From the NCBI GenBank assembly GCA_965204395.1, contig OZ241987.1:767951-831950 (forward strand): a stretch of 64,000 bases of DNA, given 5' to 3'. Made by a program: the position numbers and the translations under genes. The notes under the pieces were generated by a model that was not told where the DNA came from, did no database searches, and worked only from the letters and a program-made list of their open reading frames with translations. Position 1 is the stretch's first letter, and every line of letters starts with the position of its first letter. The DNA comes from Dehalococcoidia bacterium. Its GTDB lineage: Bacteria; Chloroflexota; Dehalococcoidia; Lucifugimonadales; UBA3495. Below are positions 50,185 through 59,781 of the stretch, piece by piece.

Positions 50185-51276
50185 ATGGTTCAAACTCATA
50201 CCGACCCACCGACCAACATCACTGCACCCACTCCACCGCCGGCCAAACGCCCCATGGAACTGGGCGTCCGAATGGGATGGTACATCCTCAAAAACCGGCT
50301 GCGCGGGCGCAAGCGTTTCCCTCTGGTCACGATGCTTGAGCCTCTGGAAATGTGCAACTTGGCTTGCATCGGTTGCGGCCGCATCCGCGAATATCGCGGT
50401 GTGCTCGACAAGATGATGCCGGTGTCCGAGGCGCTGGACGCGGTCCACCGATCTGGTGCTCCCATCGTCTCCATCGCCGGCGGCGAACCCACTATCCATC
50501 CTCACATCGACGAGATCATCAACACCCTGGTCTCTGAGAAATACTTCGTCTATTGCTGCACCAACGCCCTATTGCTGCCCCGCATGTTGGATAAAATCCC
50601 GCCCTCCAAGTACTTCTGCTGGGTGATCCACATGGACGGCATGGAGGAGAAGCACGATGAGTCCGTGGCCCGGGCCGGAGTGTTCAAGCGCGCCATCGAA
50701 GGCATCCAACTGGCCATCGACCGTGGTTACCGGGTTTGCACCAACACCACGGTTTTCCGCAACAGCGACGTTGACGACCTGCGTGAAATGTTCCGCTATG
50801 TCAGCGACCTCGGCGTCGAGGGTTCAATGATCTCCCCCGGCTATGACTTTGAGGATGCTCCCGATCAGGACCTTTTCCTCACCCGCCAGGAGTCCCGCAA
50901 CGTATTCCGGAACCTCCTTGACCCCACTCGCATGGATGGCATGCGCTTCTACAACAACCCCCTGTATCTCAACTTCCTGCGAGGCGACCGCGAATACCAG
51001 TGCACCGCTTGGTCCAACCCCACCTACACGGTCATGGGATGGCGCAAACCTTGCTATCCCCTCGCCGACGAGCACACCGAAGAGCTTGACGATCTCTACC
51101 AATCGAAACTCTGGGAAGAGCAGTATGGCGTTGGTCGCGACCCCCGTTGCAACAACTGCATGATGCACTGCGGGTTCGAATCAGCCACGATCTTCAACGC
51201 CATCGGCAAACCCAGGGAGTGGGTCACGTTCATCAAGTCCGGAGCGGCGCACAAGGGAGGTATTAGCGTGGGCTGA
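50185..51276 (+). CDS. hpnH: adenosylhopane synthase HpnH (hopanoid-associated radical SAM)
   Basis: ATG at 50185. RFPLVTMLEPLEMCNLACIGCGRIREY (CxxxCxxC), CTNALLL, a C-terminal CNNCMMHCG, and hopanoid gene context. Confidence 0.85.
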   Translation: MVQTHTDPPTNITAPTPPPAKRPMELGVRMGWYILKNRLRGRKRFPLVTMLEPLEMCNLACIGCGRIREYRGVLDKMMPVSEALDAVHRSGAPIVSIAGGEPTIHPHIDEIINTLVSEKYFVYCCTNALLLPRMLDKIPPSKYFCWVIHMDGMEEKHDESVARAGVFKRAIEGIQLAIDRGYRVCTNTTVFRNSDVDDLREMFRYVSDLGVEGSMISPGYDFEDAPDQDLFLTRQESRNVFRNLLDPTRMDGMRFYNNPLYLNFLRGDREYQCTAWSNPTYTVMGWRKPCYPLADEHTEELDDLYQSKLWEEQYGVGRDPRCNNCMMHCGFESATIFNAIGKPREWVTFIKSGAAHKGGISVG

Positions 51277-51389
51277 TCTCGCCCCGCTTGCGCTGGCGCC
51301 TCCGGCCAGCATTCATCCCCTACCCGGTTCGTCAACCACATGCTCGCCACCAGGCCATTCCACGAGGTATCGGTTCACGATCCAGCGCG

Positions 51390-52094
51390 ATGTTAGCGAT
51401 AGTTGCGCCCATGGCCATCGAACTCGCCGCCATCCGGCGGTCGGTACCCGACGATGCTGCTCGCGACGTCTTCTTCAGCGTCCTGGGGATCGGCAAAAAG
51501 CCCGCGCAAAGCTCAATCAGAGGGGTCCTGGAACGCCGGCCCCACGCCATAGTCCTGGCTGGTTTCTGCGGTGGCGCCGATCCCGATCTGGAGCCGGGCG
51601 ATCTTCACGTAGCCCAGTCGTTCCTCTGCCCCGATTTGACCGATGCTGTAGAGGCAGACGCCGAATTGAACGCTCACCTGTCCCGCGCCGGAGAAAATGT
51701 CGGCGCAAGAGTCATAACCGGACCCTCGGCCACGGTCGACGCAATAGCCAGCCCCGGCGTCAAATCCCGGCTGTACCGGAACTCAGGAGCCGCGTCCGTC
51801 AACATGGAGGACTATTGGATAGCCCGCGCCGCCCGTTCCGCAGGCGTCCCGTTCGCATCAGTTCGCGCCGTGTTGGACACAGCCGGCGTCGAACTGCCTG
51901 ACTACCTTTCGGAACAGCCGGTAAGGCCTGGTCGAATGTTGGGAAACTTGATCGTTTACCCGGGTCGAATACCCGTGATGGTGCGGTTCGCGCATTTGGC
52001 GCGCATCGCCCGCAACAGCCTCACCCGCTGTGTACTCGCCGCCATCGAATCCTTGTCATCCGAACGGTCTGCATTGTCGGCGGTCCCAAAATGA
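51390..52094 (+). CDS. hpnG: hopanoid-associated nucleosidase/phosphorylase HpnG (PNP_UDP_1 fold)
   Basis: ATG at 51390 (MLAIVAPMAIEL...). GFCGG, SVNMEDYW, and a position between hpnH and hpnA. Confidence 0.75.
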   Translation: MLAIVAPMAIELAAIRRSVPDDAARDVFFSVLGIGKKPAQSSIRGVLERRPHAIVLAGFCGGADPDLEPGDLHVAQSFLCPDLTDAVEADAELNAHLSRAGENVGARVITGPSATVDAIASPGVKSRLYRNSGAASVNMEDYWIARAARSAGVPFASVRAVLDTAGVELPDYLSEQPVRPGRMLGNLIVYPGRIPVMVRFAHLARIARNSLTRCVLAAIESLSSERSALSAVPK

Positions 52095-53110
52095 CCACGC
52101 TGGTGACCGGCGCAACCGGTTTCATTGGCGGCAACTTGGCCCGGGCGTTGGTTGACCGCGATGAGGACGTGCGCGTTCTCGTCAGGCCCACCTCCAACGA
52201 TCTGGCCGTCCGGGATCTCAACGCCAAGCGGATGATTGGCGATCTGCTGTCTCCGGACTCTCTCCGTCAAGCTGTGGCCGGCTGCGAGACCGTTTACCAC
52301 TGCGCCGCAAACTACTCGTTCTGGTCGCGCCAACGCGACGACATCTATCAGACCAACGTGCGGGGCACCAGGAACCTGCTTGAAGCCGCGCGCGCTGCCG
52401 GTGTACGCAAGGTGGTCTTCACCAGCTCGGTCTCTACCATTGGCCTACCAACTGTGGGCGTCCCAGACCCAAACGGGCCGATGGGAACCGAGGACATGCG
52501 CCCTGACCCATCGCATCTCATCGGATCCTACAAGCAGTCCAAGTACCAGGCGGAGCAACTCGCTCTCTCCGAAAGCGACGACGATCTTCAGGTGGTGGTG
52601 GTCAATCCATGCGCTCCCATCGGCGCATGGGACGTCAAGCCGACCCCTACCGGACGCATACCCTTGGACTTCGCCCGGGGCCGCATCCCCGGATACCTCG
52701 CCACGGGCATGAACTTGGTCGACGTTTCCGACGTCGCTCAGGGGCACATATTGGCGATGGAGCGCGGCAAACCCGGTGAACGATATATCCTTGGCAACCG
52801 CAATCTCACTCTCTTGGAAGTGTTCGGCATGCTGGCGGATATTACCGGTCGCCGTCCTCCACGCATCCGTTTTCCGTATTGGTTGGTCATGGGCGTCGCC
52901 TATTGCGACCAATGGATCGAGAGCGACCTGATGCGGCGAGAGCCCTCGATTCCAGTCGAGGGAATCAAGATAACGAGACACCCCATGTACGTCAGTTCCA
53001 ACAAAGCCATCGATGAACTAGGGCTCCCCCAATCCCCGGTGGAAATGGCATTGGAAAAAGCCATCCGCTGGTTCACCGACTATGGTTACCTGACCGGCCG
53101 GTCGGCATGA
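52091..53110 (+). CDS. hpnA: hopanoid-associated NAD-dependent epimerase/dehydratase-family protein HpnA
   Basis: MTTLVTGATGFIGGNLARAL Rossmann motif and YKQSK (YxxxK). The start overlaps the hpnG stop (ATGA). Confidence 0.8.
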   Translation: MTTLVTGATGFIGGNLARALVDRDEDVRVLVRPTSNDLAVRDLNAKRMIGDLLSPDSLRQAVAGCETVYHCAANYSFWSRQRDDIYQTNVRGTRNLLEAARAAGVRKVVFTSSVSTIGLPTVGVPDPNGPMGTEDMRPDPSHLIGSYKQSKYQAEQLALSESDDDLQVVVVNPCAPIGAWDVKPTPTGRIPLDFARGRIPGYLATGMNLVDVSDVAQGHILAMERGKPGERYILGNRNLTLLEVFGMLADITGRRPPRIRFPYWLVMGVAYCDQWIESDLMRREPSIPVEGIKITRHPMYVSSNKAIDELGLPQSPVEMALEKAIRWFTDYGYLTGRSA

Positions 53111-53134
53111 CACGACTGCTCCGCGATTCATACG

Positions 53135-55231
53135 ATGACGTTGCACCAGATCCAAACCCACCTGAATGGCAAGGCTGACCGGACTGCCCCTGCCGCAGAC
53201 GCCGTAGACGCCGCGATATCGAGATTGCATCACTACCATCGCGCCACCCAGGACGATTCCGGTTTCTGGTGGGGCGAGCTGGAATCCAACAACACCATGG
53301 AGGCAGAGTATGTCATGCTCTGCCGTTTCCTCGGGCATCGGAACCCCGAACGGGAACAGCACATCGTCAACTACCTGCTCAGCAAGCAAAAGGCCGATGG
53401 TTCGTGGGCCGTTTACTACGGCGCTCCCGGCGACCTGTCCACCTCCGTTGAGTGCTACTTCGCCCTGAAACTCTGCGGCGTCGATCCGCAATCTGACCCA
53501 ATGACCCGCGCCCGCGAGTTTATCCTGGTGCGGGGTGGTACTCCGCAAGCCAGGGTATTTACGAGGATTTGGCTGGCCCTGTTTGGTCAATGGAAGTGGG
53601 AAGGCACTCCTCGTCTCCCATCTGAAATGATCCTGCTGCCAAATTGGGCGCCTTTCAGCATTTACCGGTTCGCCAGTTGGGCCAGGGGTTGCATCGTCCC
53701 GCTATCCATCGTGCTGTCGCGCCATCCAATCAGGGAAATCCCTCCCGAACAAGCCATCGATGAACTGTTGCCCGACGGCAAGGATGGCACTGACTATTCG
53801 CTGCCGACTCCTCCAGGGTTCAACCTGCCGAGACTGGTCCACCTGATCGAAAATACGGTTGGCACGATCTATGACCGTCTGCGTTTCAATCCGCTGCGCG
53901 ACGCCGCCGAGAAGAAAGCCATCCGGTGGATCCTCGAACATCAGGAGGCTGACGGAAGTTGGGGCGGAATCCAACCTCCCTGGGTTTATAGCCTGATCGC
54001 GCTGAGCGTTTGCGGGTACGAAAACAACCATCCCGCCATGGCCAGGGGCTTCGCCGGTTTGGAAGGATTTGGAATCCAGAAAGGCGACCAGTGGACCGTG
54101 CAGGGTTGCATTTCCCCGGTTTGGGATACCTGCCTCATCGTTCAGGCCCTGGCGGAAAGCGGATTGCCCTCCGACGATCCCATGCTCACTGCTGCGACCC
54201 GCTGGTTGGTCGAACGGCAGATTCTCGTGGGAGGAGATTGGCAGGTTCAAGCGCCCCAGGTGCCGCCGGGCGGTTGGGCTTTCGAGTTCCACAACAATTG
54301 CTACCCGGACATCGACGATACGGCTGAGGTCGTGCTCGCATTGCGTTTAGCAAGATTGCCGGACCATGAGGACTACCTGCGGCATGAATCGCTCGAGCGC
54401 GCCGTCACATGGGTGGGCGGCATGCAAAACAGAGATGGCGGTTGGGCATCTTTCGACAAAAACAACAACCACGGCTACGTCACCGCCCTCACGTTCAGCG
54501 ATTTCGGCGAGGTCTTGGATCCCTCCAGCGCGGACGTTACCGCCCACGTAATCGAGATGTACGGCAAGCTCGGATATAAGACGGATTTGCCCTCCATCCA
54601 GGCCGCGTATCGCTATCTGCGCGCCGAACAGGAGGACGACGGTAGCTGGTTTGGACGATGGGGCGTCAACTATGTCTATGGCCTCGGAGCCGTCTTGCCG
54701 GGTCTTGAGGCAATCGGCGAGGACATGCGCCAGCCGTACGTCCGTCGCGCCGTGCAGTGGTTGGTCGAGCATCAAAACCTGGACGGCGGTTGGGGCGAGT
54801 CGTGTGCATCATACGTCGACCCCGAACAACATGGCGTCGGGCCCAGCACCGCGTCTCAAACCGCGTGGGCCATCATCGCATTAATCGCCGCCGGTGAGAT
54901 CGACCATCCAGCCACCAGACGCGGCGTTCGCTATTTGCTGGAGACACAGCGCCCTGATGGTCAGTGGGACGAGCCCTATTTCACTGGAACCGGGTTCCCG
55001 GGATACAAAAAGGGCGAACGCGTTCAACACGTGCCAAGGCCCGGAGAACGCGGCTTCCAGGGTGCGGAATTGTCTTCTGGATTTATGATAAATTACCACT
55101 TGTACCGTAACACTTGGCCGTTGCTCGCCCTCGGCCGCTACCGGAACCGGCTATACCGCAAAAACACACGAGACACATCCCAGAGAAACGGTCATTCTCC
55201 GATGCGAGAATCCGGTTCTGCAACTCACTAA
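53135..55231 (+). CDS. shc: squalene-hopene cyclase
   Basis: DxDD motif YPDIDDTAEV, multiple QW repeats (QxxDGSWG, QNxDGGWG, QRPDGQW), GTGFPG, and 698 aa. Confidence 0.93.
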   Translation: MTLHQIQTHLNGKADRTAPAADAVDAAISRLHHYHRATQDDSGFWWGELESNNTMEAEYVMLCRFLGHRNPEREQHIVNYLLSKQKADGSWAVYYGAPGDLSTSVECYFALKLCGVDPQSDPMTRAREFILVRGGTPQARVFTRIWLALFGQWKWEGTPRLPSEMILLPNWAPFSIYRFASWARGCIVPLSIVLSRHPIREIPPEQAIDELLPDGKDGTDYSLPTPPGFNLPRLVHLIENTVGTIYDRLRFNPLRDAAEKKAIRWILEHQEADGSWGGIQPPWVYSLIALSVCGYENNHPAMARGFAGLEGFGIQKGDQWTVQGCISPVWDTCLIVQALAESGLPSDDPMLTAATRWLVERQILVGGDWQVQAPQVPPGGWAFEFHNNCYPDIDDTAEVVLALRLARLPDHEDYLRHESLERAVTWVGGMQNRDGGWASFDKNNNHGYVTALTFSDFGEVLDPSSADVTAHVIEMYGKLGYKTDLPSIQAAYRYLRAEQEDDGSWFGRWGVNYVYGLGAVLPGLEAIGEDMRQPYVRRAVQWLVEHQNLDGGWGESCASYVDPEQHGVGPSTASQTAWAIIALIAAGEIDHPATRRGVRYLLETQRPDGQWDEPYFTGTGFPGYKKGERVQHVPRPGERGFQGAELSSGFMINYHLYRNTWPLLALGRYRNRLYRKNTRDTSQRNGHSPMRESGSATH

Positions 55232-55274
55232 CCACACCCATTCGCTTTGCCCGGGCATCCCCCACGAGGCGACC

Positions 55275-55718
55275 ATGAAAGTCAAAAACTTCTCCCTGAA
55301 AGTTGACACCAAAGATGCGCCCCAACTGATCGATATCACCGATTGGGTCAAAGGTTGCGTCTCCGACTCGCACATCAGAAACGGCCTTGTGCTGGTGTAT
55401 TCCAGGCACACGACTGCCGCAGTGAAAATCAACGAAAACGAGCCGTTGCTGATCGAGGATATGGCCGAATTCCTGGAGCGCATCGCTCCTCGAGATGCCT
55501 ACTATCGGCACAACGATTTTTCCATTCGAACCGTCAATATGACGGAGGATGAGTCTCCAAACGGCCATGCCCACTTGCAGCACCTGATGTTGGGGTGCAG
55601 CGAAACCATTCCTCTGGTCGATGGAAAGATCCCCTTTGGGCAATGGCAAAGCATCTTTTTCATCGAACTCGATCACCCTCGACCACGCGAGGTCATGGTC
55701 CAAGTCATGGGTGAATAG
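55275..55718 (+). CDS. YjbQ/UPF0047 family protein (secondary thiamine-phosphate synthase-like)
   Basis: VLVYSRHTTAAVKINENEP...NGHAHLQHLMLGCSETIPLVDGKIPFGQWQSIFFIELD is a typical UPF0047 signature. Confidence 0.8.
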   Translation: MKVKNFSLKVDTKDAPQLIDITDWVKGCVSDSHIRNGLVLVYSRHTTAAVKINENEPLLIEDMAEFLERIAPRDAYYRHNDFSIRTVNMTEDESPNGHAHLQHLMLGCSETIPLVDGKIPFGQWQSIFFIELDHPRPREVMVQVMGE

Positions 55719-55742
55719 ACTTCCCATCCAACCCGGTTCACC

Positions 55743-56735
55743 ATGTCCACCACCACCGAAACCGGATCCTCAAACTCGCCCTCCACAGTAACCAGGGCCG
55801 CTCCGAGGATTGGGTTGGACGAAGCTTACGAGTTTTGCGCTCGGCTGGCGCGAAGCCACTACGAAAATTTCAACGTGGGCGGGTGGATCACGCCCCGGGA
55901 AAAGTTGCCCCACGTTTACGCCGTGTACGCCTGGTGCCGGATGGTGGACGACCTCGGCGACGAAGATAACCCTGGACAACGGCCCACACCACCGGCATCA
56001 GATGGCCACATAGATTTCGCTGTGGCCCAGCATCGCATTGGTCGATTGGACTGGTGGGAATCCGAGCTGGACTTGGTGTACGTCGGTGAACCGACCCACC
56101 CGGTGAACGTCGCGATTCAACACACCGTTGCAAAATTCGGGATTCCGAAAGAGCCTTTTCGCCGACTGATTCATGCCAACCGGCTCGATCAGGGAACCGG
56201 CAGATTCGATACTCTCGACGACGTTCTTGACTATTGCACCTACTCGGCGAACCCGGTCGGGCATCTCTTCCTTTACCTGTTTGGTTATTCCGACCCTGAA
56301 CGCAAGCGACTCGCCGACAATACCTGCACCGCCCTGCAACTGACCAACTTTTGGCAGGACATCTCCCGGGACTATCACGAACTGGGCCGCATTTACCTCC
56401 CCCAACAAGATATGGCGCGATTCGGTGCGACCGAGTCGGATATCGCAACCGGAAATGCCAGCGACGAATTTCGGGCGTTGTTAGCCTACGAGTGCGAGTA
56501 TGCACGGCAACTCTTCCGCGACGGGGCGCCGCTGATCGGGTCGGTGGACCGCGCTGCCCGCTTGCCCGTTGCCCTGTTCACCCGCGGGGGTGTCGCTGTC
56601 CTGGACGCGATTCACAAGCGAAATTACGACGTATTATCTGCGCGACCGTTCCTCTCCAAGCGCAAAAAAGCCCGGCTGTTGGCATCCGCCTGGTTCCGCA
56701 GCAAGTTTGGCCTCGGTTACGGGCTCCCATCCTAG
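55743..56735 (+). CDS. hpnC: hydroxysqualene synthase HpnC (squalene/phytoene synthase fold)
   Basis: ARSHYENFNVGG...VYAWCRMVDDLGDE and LQLTNFWQDISRD. Lies upstream of hpnD-hpnE. Confidence 0.82.
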   Translation: MSTTTETGSSNSPSTVTRAAPRIGLDEAYEFCARLARSHYENFNVGGWITPREKLPHVYAVYAWCRMVDDLGDEDNPGQRPTPPASDGHIDFAVAQHRIGRLDWWESELDLVYVGEPTHPVNVAIQHTVAKFGIPKEPFRRLIHANRLDQGTGRFDTLDDVLDYCTYSANPVGHLFLYLFGYSDPERKRLADNTCTALQLTNFWQDISRDYHELGRIYLPQQDMARFGATESDIATGNASDEFRALLAYECEYARQLFRDGAPLIGSVDRAARLPVALFTRGGVAVLDAIHKRNYDVLSARPFLSKRKKARLLASAWFRSKFGLGYGLPS

Positions 56736-56747
56736 CCAACTGCTCCA

Positions 56748-57644
56748 ATGGTCATGCCGGGTTCCACAACGTCATCGTCCTCGCCGGCCACCCTGGCAGA
56801 AGCGTACGAGGAATGTCGGCGGGTCACCAAACGCGAAGCCAAGAATTTCTACTTCGCGTTCTTGACGCTACCGCCTCAGCAACGCAAGGGTATCTGCGTT
56901 GCCTACACCTTCTGTCGATATTGCGACGACTCGGTTGATGCCGAAGGCACTCCGGAGGAAAAACTGGCGCGGATTTCCCGGTTGCGCCACATGCTGAGCG
57001 AAACCTACGATGGCCGCGCCACGGAACCTCTCTTCATAGGCTTGGCTGACGTCGCCGACCGGCACCGGATTCCTCAAGAGTATTTTCAGGAAGTCCTGAA
57101 TGGCGTGGAGTCGGACCTGGTCAAAACGCGCTATGCCGACTTTGAAGAACTGCGCCAGTATTGCTACCAGGTTGCCTCCGTCGTCGGCCTGATCTGCATC
57201 CACATTTTCGGCTACACCGGAGGGGAGGTGGCGCGCCGCCATGCCACCAATCTGGGCTTGGCGATGCAATTGACCAACATCTGCCGCGATGTTCGCGAGG
57301 ACTGGGAGTTCGGTCGGGTCTATCTGCCCCAGGATGAGATGCGGCGCTTCGGCGTAATCGAAGACGACCTCGCGGCTGGGATGGTCACCGATTCCTTCGC
57401 GAAATTGCTGCAGTTCCAGATCGATAGAGCCCGCGAGTATTTCGTCAGTGGCCGCGGGTTGTTGCCGTACCTCCCCAAGCGTTCCCGCGCCTGTCCCGCC
57501 GCATTGGGTTTTATCTACGGCGGCGTGTTGGACCGGATCGAACGCGCCGGATACAACGTGTTTGACGAACGCATCACGGTCAGCAAAAAGGCGAAACTGG
57601 CGCTGATGACCAAGGCATGGCTCACCGGCCCGTGGCTGAAGTGA
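56748..57644 (+). CDS. hpnD: presqualene diphosphate synthase HpnD
   Basis: AKNFYFAFLTLPPQQRKGICVAYTFCRYCDDSVD and MQLTNICRDVREDWEFGRVYLP. Confidence 0.85.
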   Translation: MVMPGSTTSSSSPATLAEAYEECRRVTKREAKNFYFAFLTLPPQQRKGICVAYTFCRYCDDSVDAEGTPEEKLARISRLRHMLSETYDGRATEPLFIGLADVADRHRIPQEYFQEVLNGVESDLVKTRYADFEELRQYCYQVASVVGLICIHIFGYTGGEVARRHATNLGLAMQLTNICRDVREDWEFGRVYLPQDEMRRFGVIEDDLAAGMVTDSFAKLLQFQIDRAREYFVSGRGLLPYLPKRSRACPAALGFIYGGVLDRIERAGYNVFDERITVSKKAKLALMTKAWLTGPWLK

Positions 57645-59074
57645 TCGCCGCAACCCGTTCGCCTGGAACCTTCACCCAAACCCAACAACGCTCCGCGCTG
57701 GTATTTGGCGGCGGCGTTGCCGGAATCGCCGCGTCAGCCCGGCTCGCCGAATCCGGATGGAACGTAACGCTGTTAGAAGCCCGGTCTTCCTTGGGCGGAC
57801 GGGTCTTCTCCTTCGAGGATCCCGGCAGCGGGCGGATTCTGGACAATGGTCAGCATGTCGTCGTCGGGGCGTGCACCAATTTGCTCGCTTTCCTGGACAA
57901 GATCGGTGCGCGCCATCTGTGGCACCTGCAGTCACACCTGGATGCCGCCGTGTACGACCGGGCGGGACGGTTGGGAAGGCTCTACGGCATCACTGCCCCG
58001 ACTCCAATGTACTTGCTGCCGGCATTCTTGTCGTATCCCCACCTCAGTTGGCTCGACAAGTTGCAAGCAACCCGTTGTCTCGTATCTGCGATGTTCACCG
58101 CGCGGGATGATCCGGCCTTGGAAGATATGACGTTCTATGAGTGGCTGCGAGCTCGCGGCCAGACGGACCGGATCGTATCCAACCTATGGAACGTGCTGGT
58201 TGAGGGTACGTTGAACGACAACGTCAGGGATGTAAGCGCGACCATGGGCCTGATGATAGTCCAGGAGGGACTGCTTGCGGGCAAAAATGCCGCCACCATT
58301 GGTTATCCCTTCGCCCCGTTGGTTGATGCCTTGGTTAGCCCAGCACAGTCGTACCTGGAAAACGTGGGTGTTTCGATCGCGACCGGCACTCCGGTCCGCT
58401 GCATCCATACTGACCAAGAGTGCATCGTTAGAGGCATCACAGTTGGCGATGGCTCGACCATGCGTGCGGACGCATACATCAGCGCGGTGCCTTTCTGGAC
58501 GTTGCCCAACCTCGTGGAGGGTCTTTTAGCAGAGTCAAAGACGCTGCGCCGCCTGTCCGGCTTGCAAACCTCCCCCATCGTAAACGCACACCTACACTAC
58601 GATAGACCGGTGATGCAAGGAGATTTCTGCTATTTTCTCGATAGCCCGTTGCAATGGGTGTTCAACTCCACTCGCATTTATGGGGACACGAACGAACACC
58701 GTCGGCAATCGCTATCCGTATCGGTGAGCGCGGCATGGGATTACATCGACCTCGAGCGGTCCGATTTTGCCCGCACGATCGCCGATGAGATGCTGCACGC
58801 CTTTCCGGACGCGCGCCATGCGACACTGCTTGACGCAGTGGTGGTCAAGCAACGCAATGCGACGTTCAGATGTACACCCGGAGCCAACAGGTTCCGCCCC
58901 GGTCCTCACACCGAATCTCCCAATCTATTCCTGGCGGGAGAATGGACGAATACCGGTTGGCCGTCCACTATGGAGGGCGCATTGATCAGCGGCTATAATG
59001 CTGCTGAGGCGGTTATGTCGTCCAACGTCGCCCACGTCCCCTCGGAGAAAAGCAGTGTCGGATCAATGGGCTGA
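57641..59074 (+). CDS. hpnE: hydroxysqualene dehydroxylase HpnE (FAD-dependent amine-oxidase fold)
   Basis: Dinucleotide motif LVFGGGVAGIAASARLAESGWNVTLLEARSSLGGR and C-terminal FLAGEWT. GTG at 57641 overlaps the hpnD TGA (GTGA). The ORF also has an upstream alternative start at 57617. Confidence 0.82.
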   Translation: MIAATRSPGTFTQTQQRSALVFGGGVAGIAASARLAESGWNVTLLEARSSLGGRVFSFEDPGSGRILDNGQHVVVGACTNLLAFLDKIGARHLWHLQSHLDAAVYDRAGRLGRLYGITAPTPMYLLPAFLSYPHLSWLDKLQATRCLVSAMFTARDDPALEDMTFYEWLRARGQTDRIVSNLWNVLVEGTLNDNVRDVSATMGLMIVQEGLLAGKNAATIGYPFAPLVDALVSPAQSYLENVGVSIATGTPVRCIHTDQECIVRGITVGDGSTMRADAYISAVPFWTLPNLVEGLLAESKTLRRLSGLQTSPIVNAHLHYDRPVMQGDFCYFLDSPLQWVFNSTRIYGDTNEHRRQSLSVSVSAAWDYIDLERSDFARTIADEMLHAFPDARHATLLDAVVVKQRNATFRCTPGANRFRPGPHTESPNLFLAGEWTNTGWPSTMEGALISGYNAAEAVMSSNVAHVPSEKSSVGSMG

Positions 59075-59720
59075 ACAACGCCTGGAACTGACCGAAGCCA
59101 CTCGTGAGATGTACCGCAGAGGGCTGGTCGGCGCGTACTCCGGGAATACCAGCATGAGGTTGTCCGGTTCCGGAGACGCAGGTCTGTTGCTGGTCACTCC
59201 GACCCACCATCCTTACTACCGTTTGCAGCCGGAAGAATTGGTGGTCGTTGACCTTGAGGGCGAACCCGTCGAAGAAGGAGGGATGGCCCCCTCGTCGGAA
59301 ACGCGGTTGCACCTGGAGATATACCGCAATCGAGACGACGTTCAGGCGGTCGTGCATACCCATTCCATTCATGCGTCCGTGGCATCCGTGGTTGGGCGTG
59401 ACATCCCGCCGCTCATCGACGAAATGCTGCTCACTATCGGCGGCCCGGTCAAGGTCAGCAAATACGCTTTCCCCGGCACTCAGCAGTTAGCCGAGGAAGC
59501 ATACACGGCTTTGGGTGATCGCAACGCCGCGCTCCTGCGGAACCACGGTGTCGTCGGCGTAGGCCCGGACATATGGGAAGCCTTGGAGGTCGCCGATCTG
59601 GTAGAAAGGCTGGCGCAGATCTTCGTGCTGGCCCGCAATTTCGGCGCCCGTACGATTTCCACCTTGCCCGACGACGCGATAGCCACCGAATTGGAAATGT
59701 TCCGAGCGAGTCGTCAGTGA
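59055..59720 (+). CDS. class II aldolase/adducin-family protein
   Basis: GTG at 59055, 7 nt after GGAG, overlapping the hpnE 3' end by 20 nt. GNTSMRL, SSETRLHLEIY, VVHTHSIHAS, LLRNHGVVGVG. Confidence 0.75.
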   Translation: MSDQWAEQRLELTEATREMYRRGLVGAYSGNTSMRLSGSGDAGLLLVTPTHHPYYRLQPEELVVVDLEGEPVEEGGMAPSSETRLHLEIYRNRDDVQAVVHTHSIHASVASVVGRDIPPLIDEMLLTIGGPVKVSKYAFPGTQQLAEEAYTALGDRNAALLRNHGVVGVGPDIWEALEVADLVERLAQIFVLARNFGARTISTLPDDAIATELEMFRASRQ

Positions 59721-59781
59721 AGTGTAATAGCTCATGGTTCAGGCGTAATGACCGCAAGCTCCCATACCAGTAGATTCCTAT

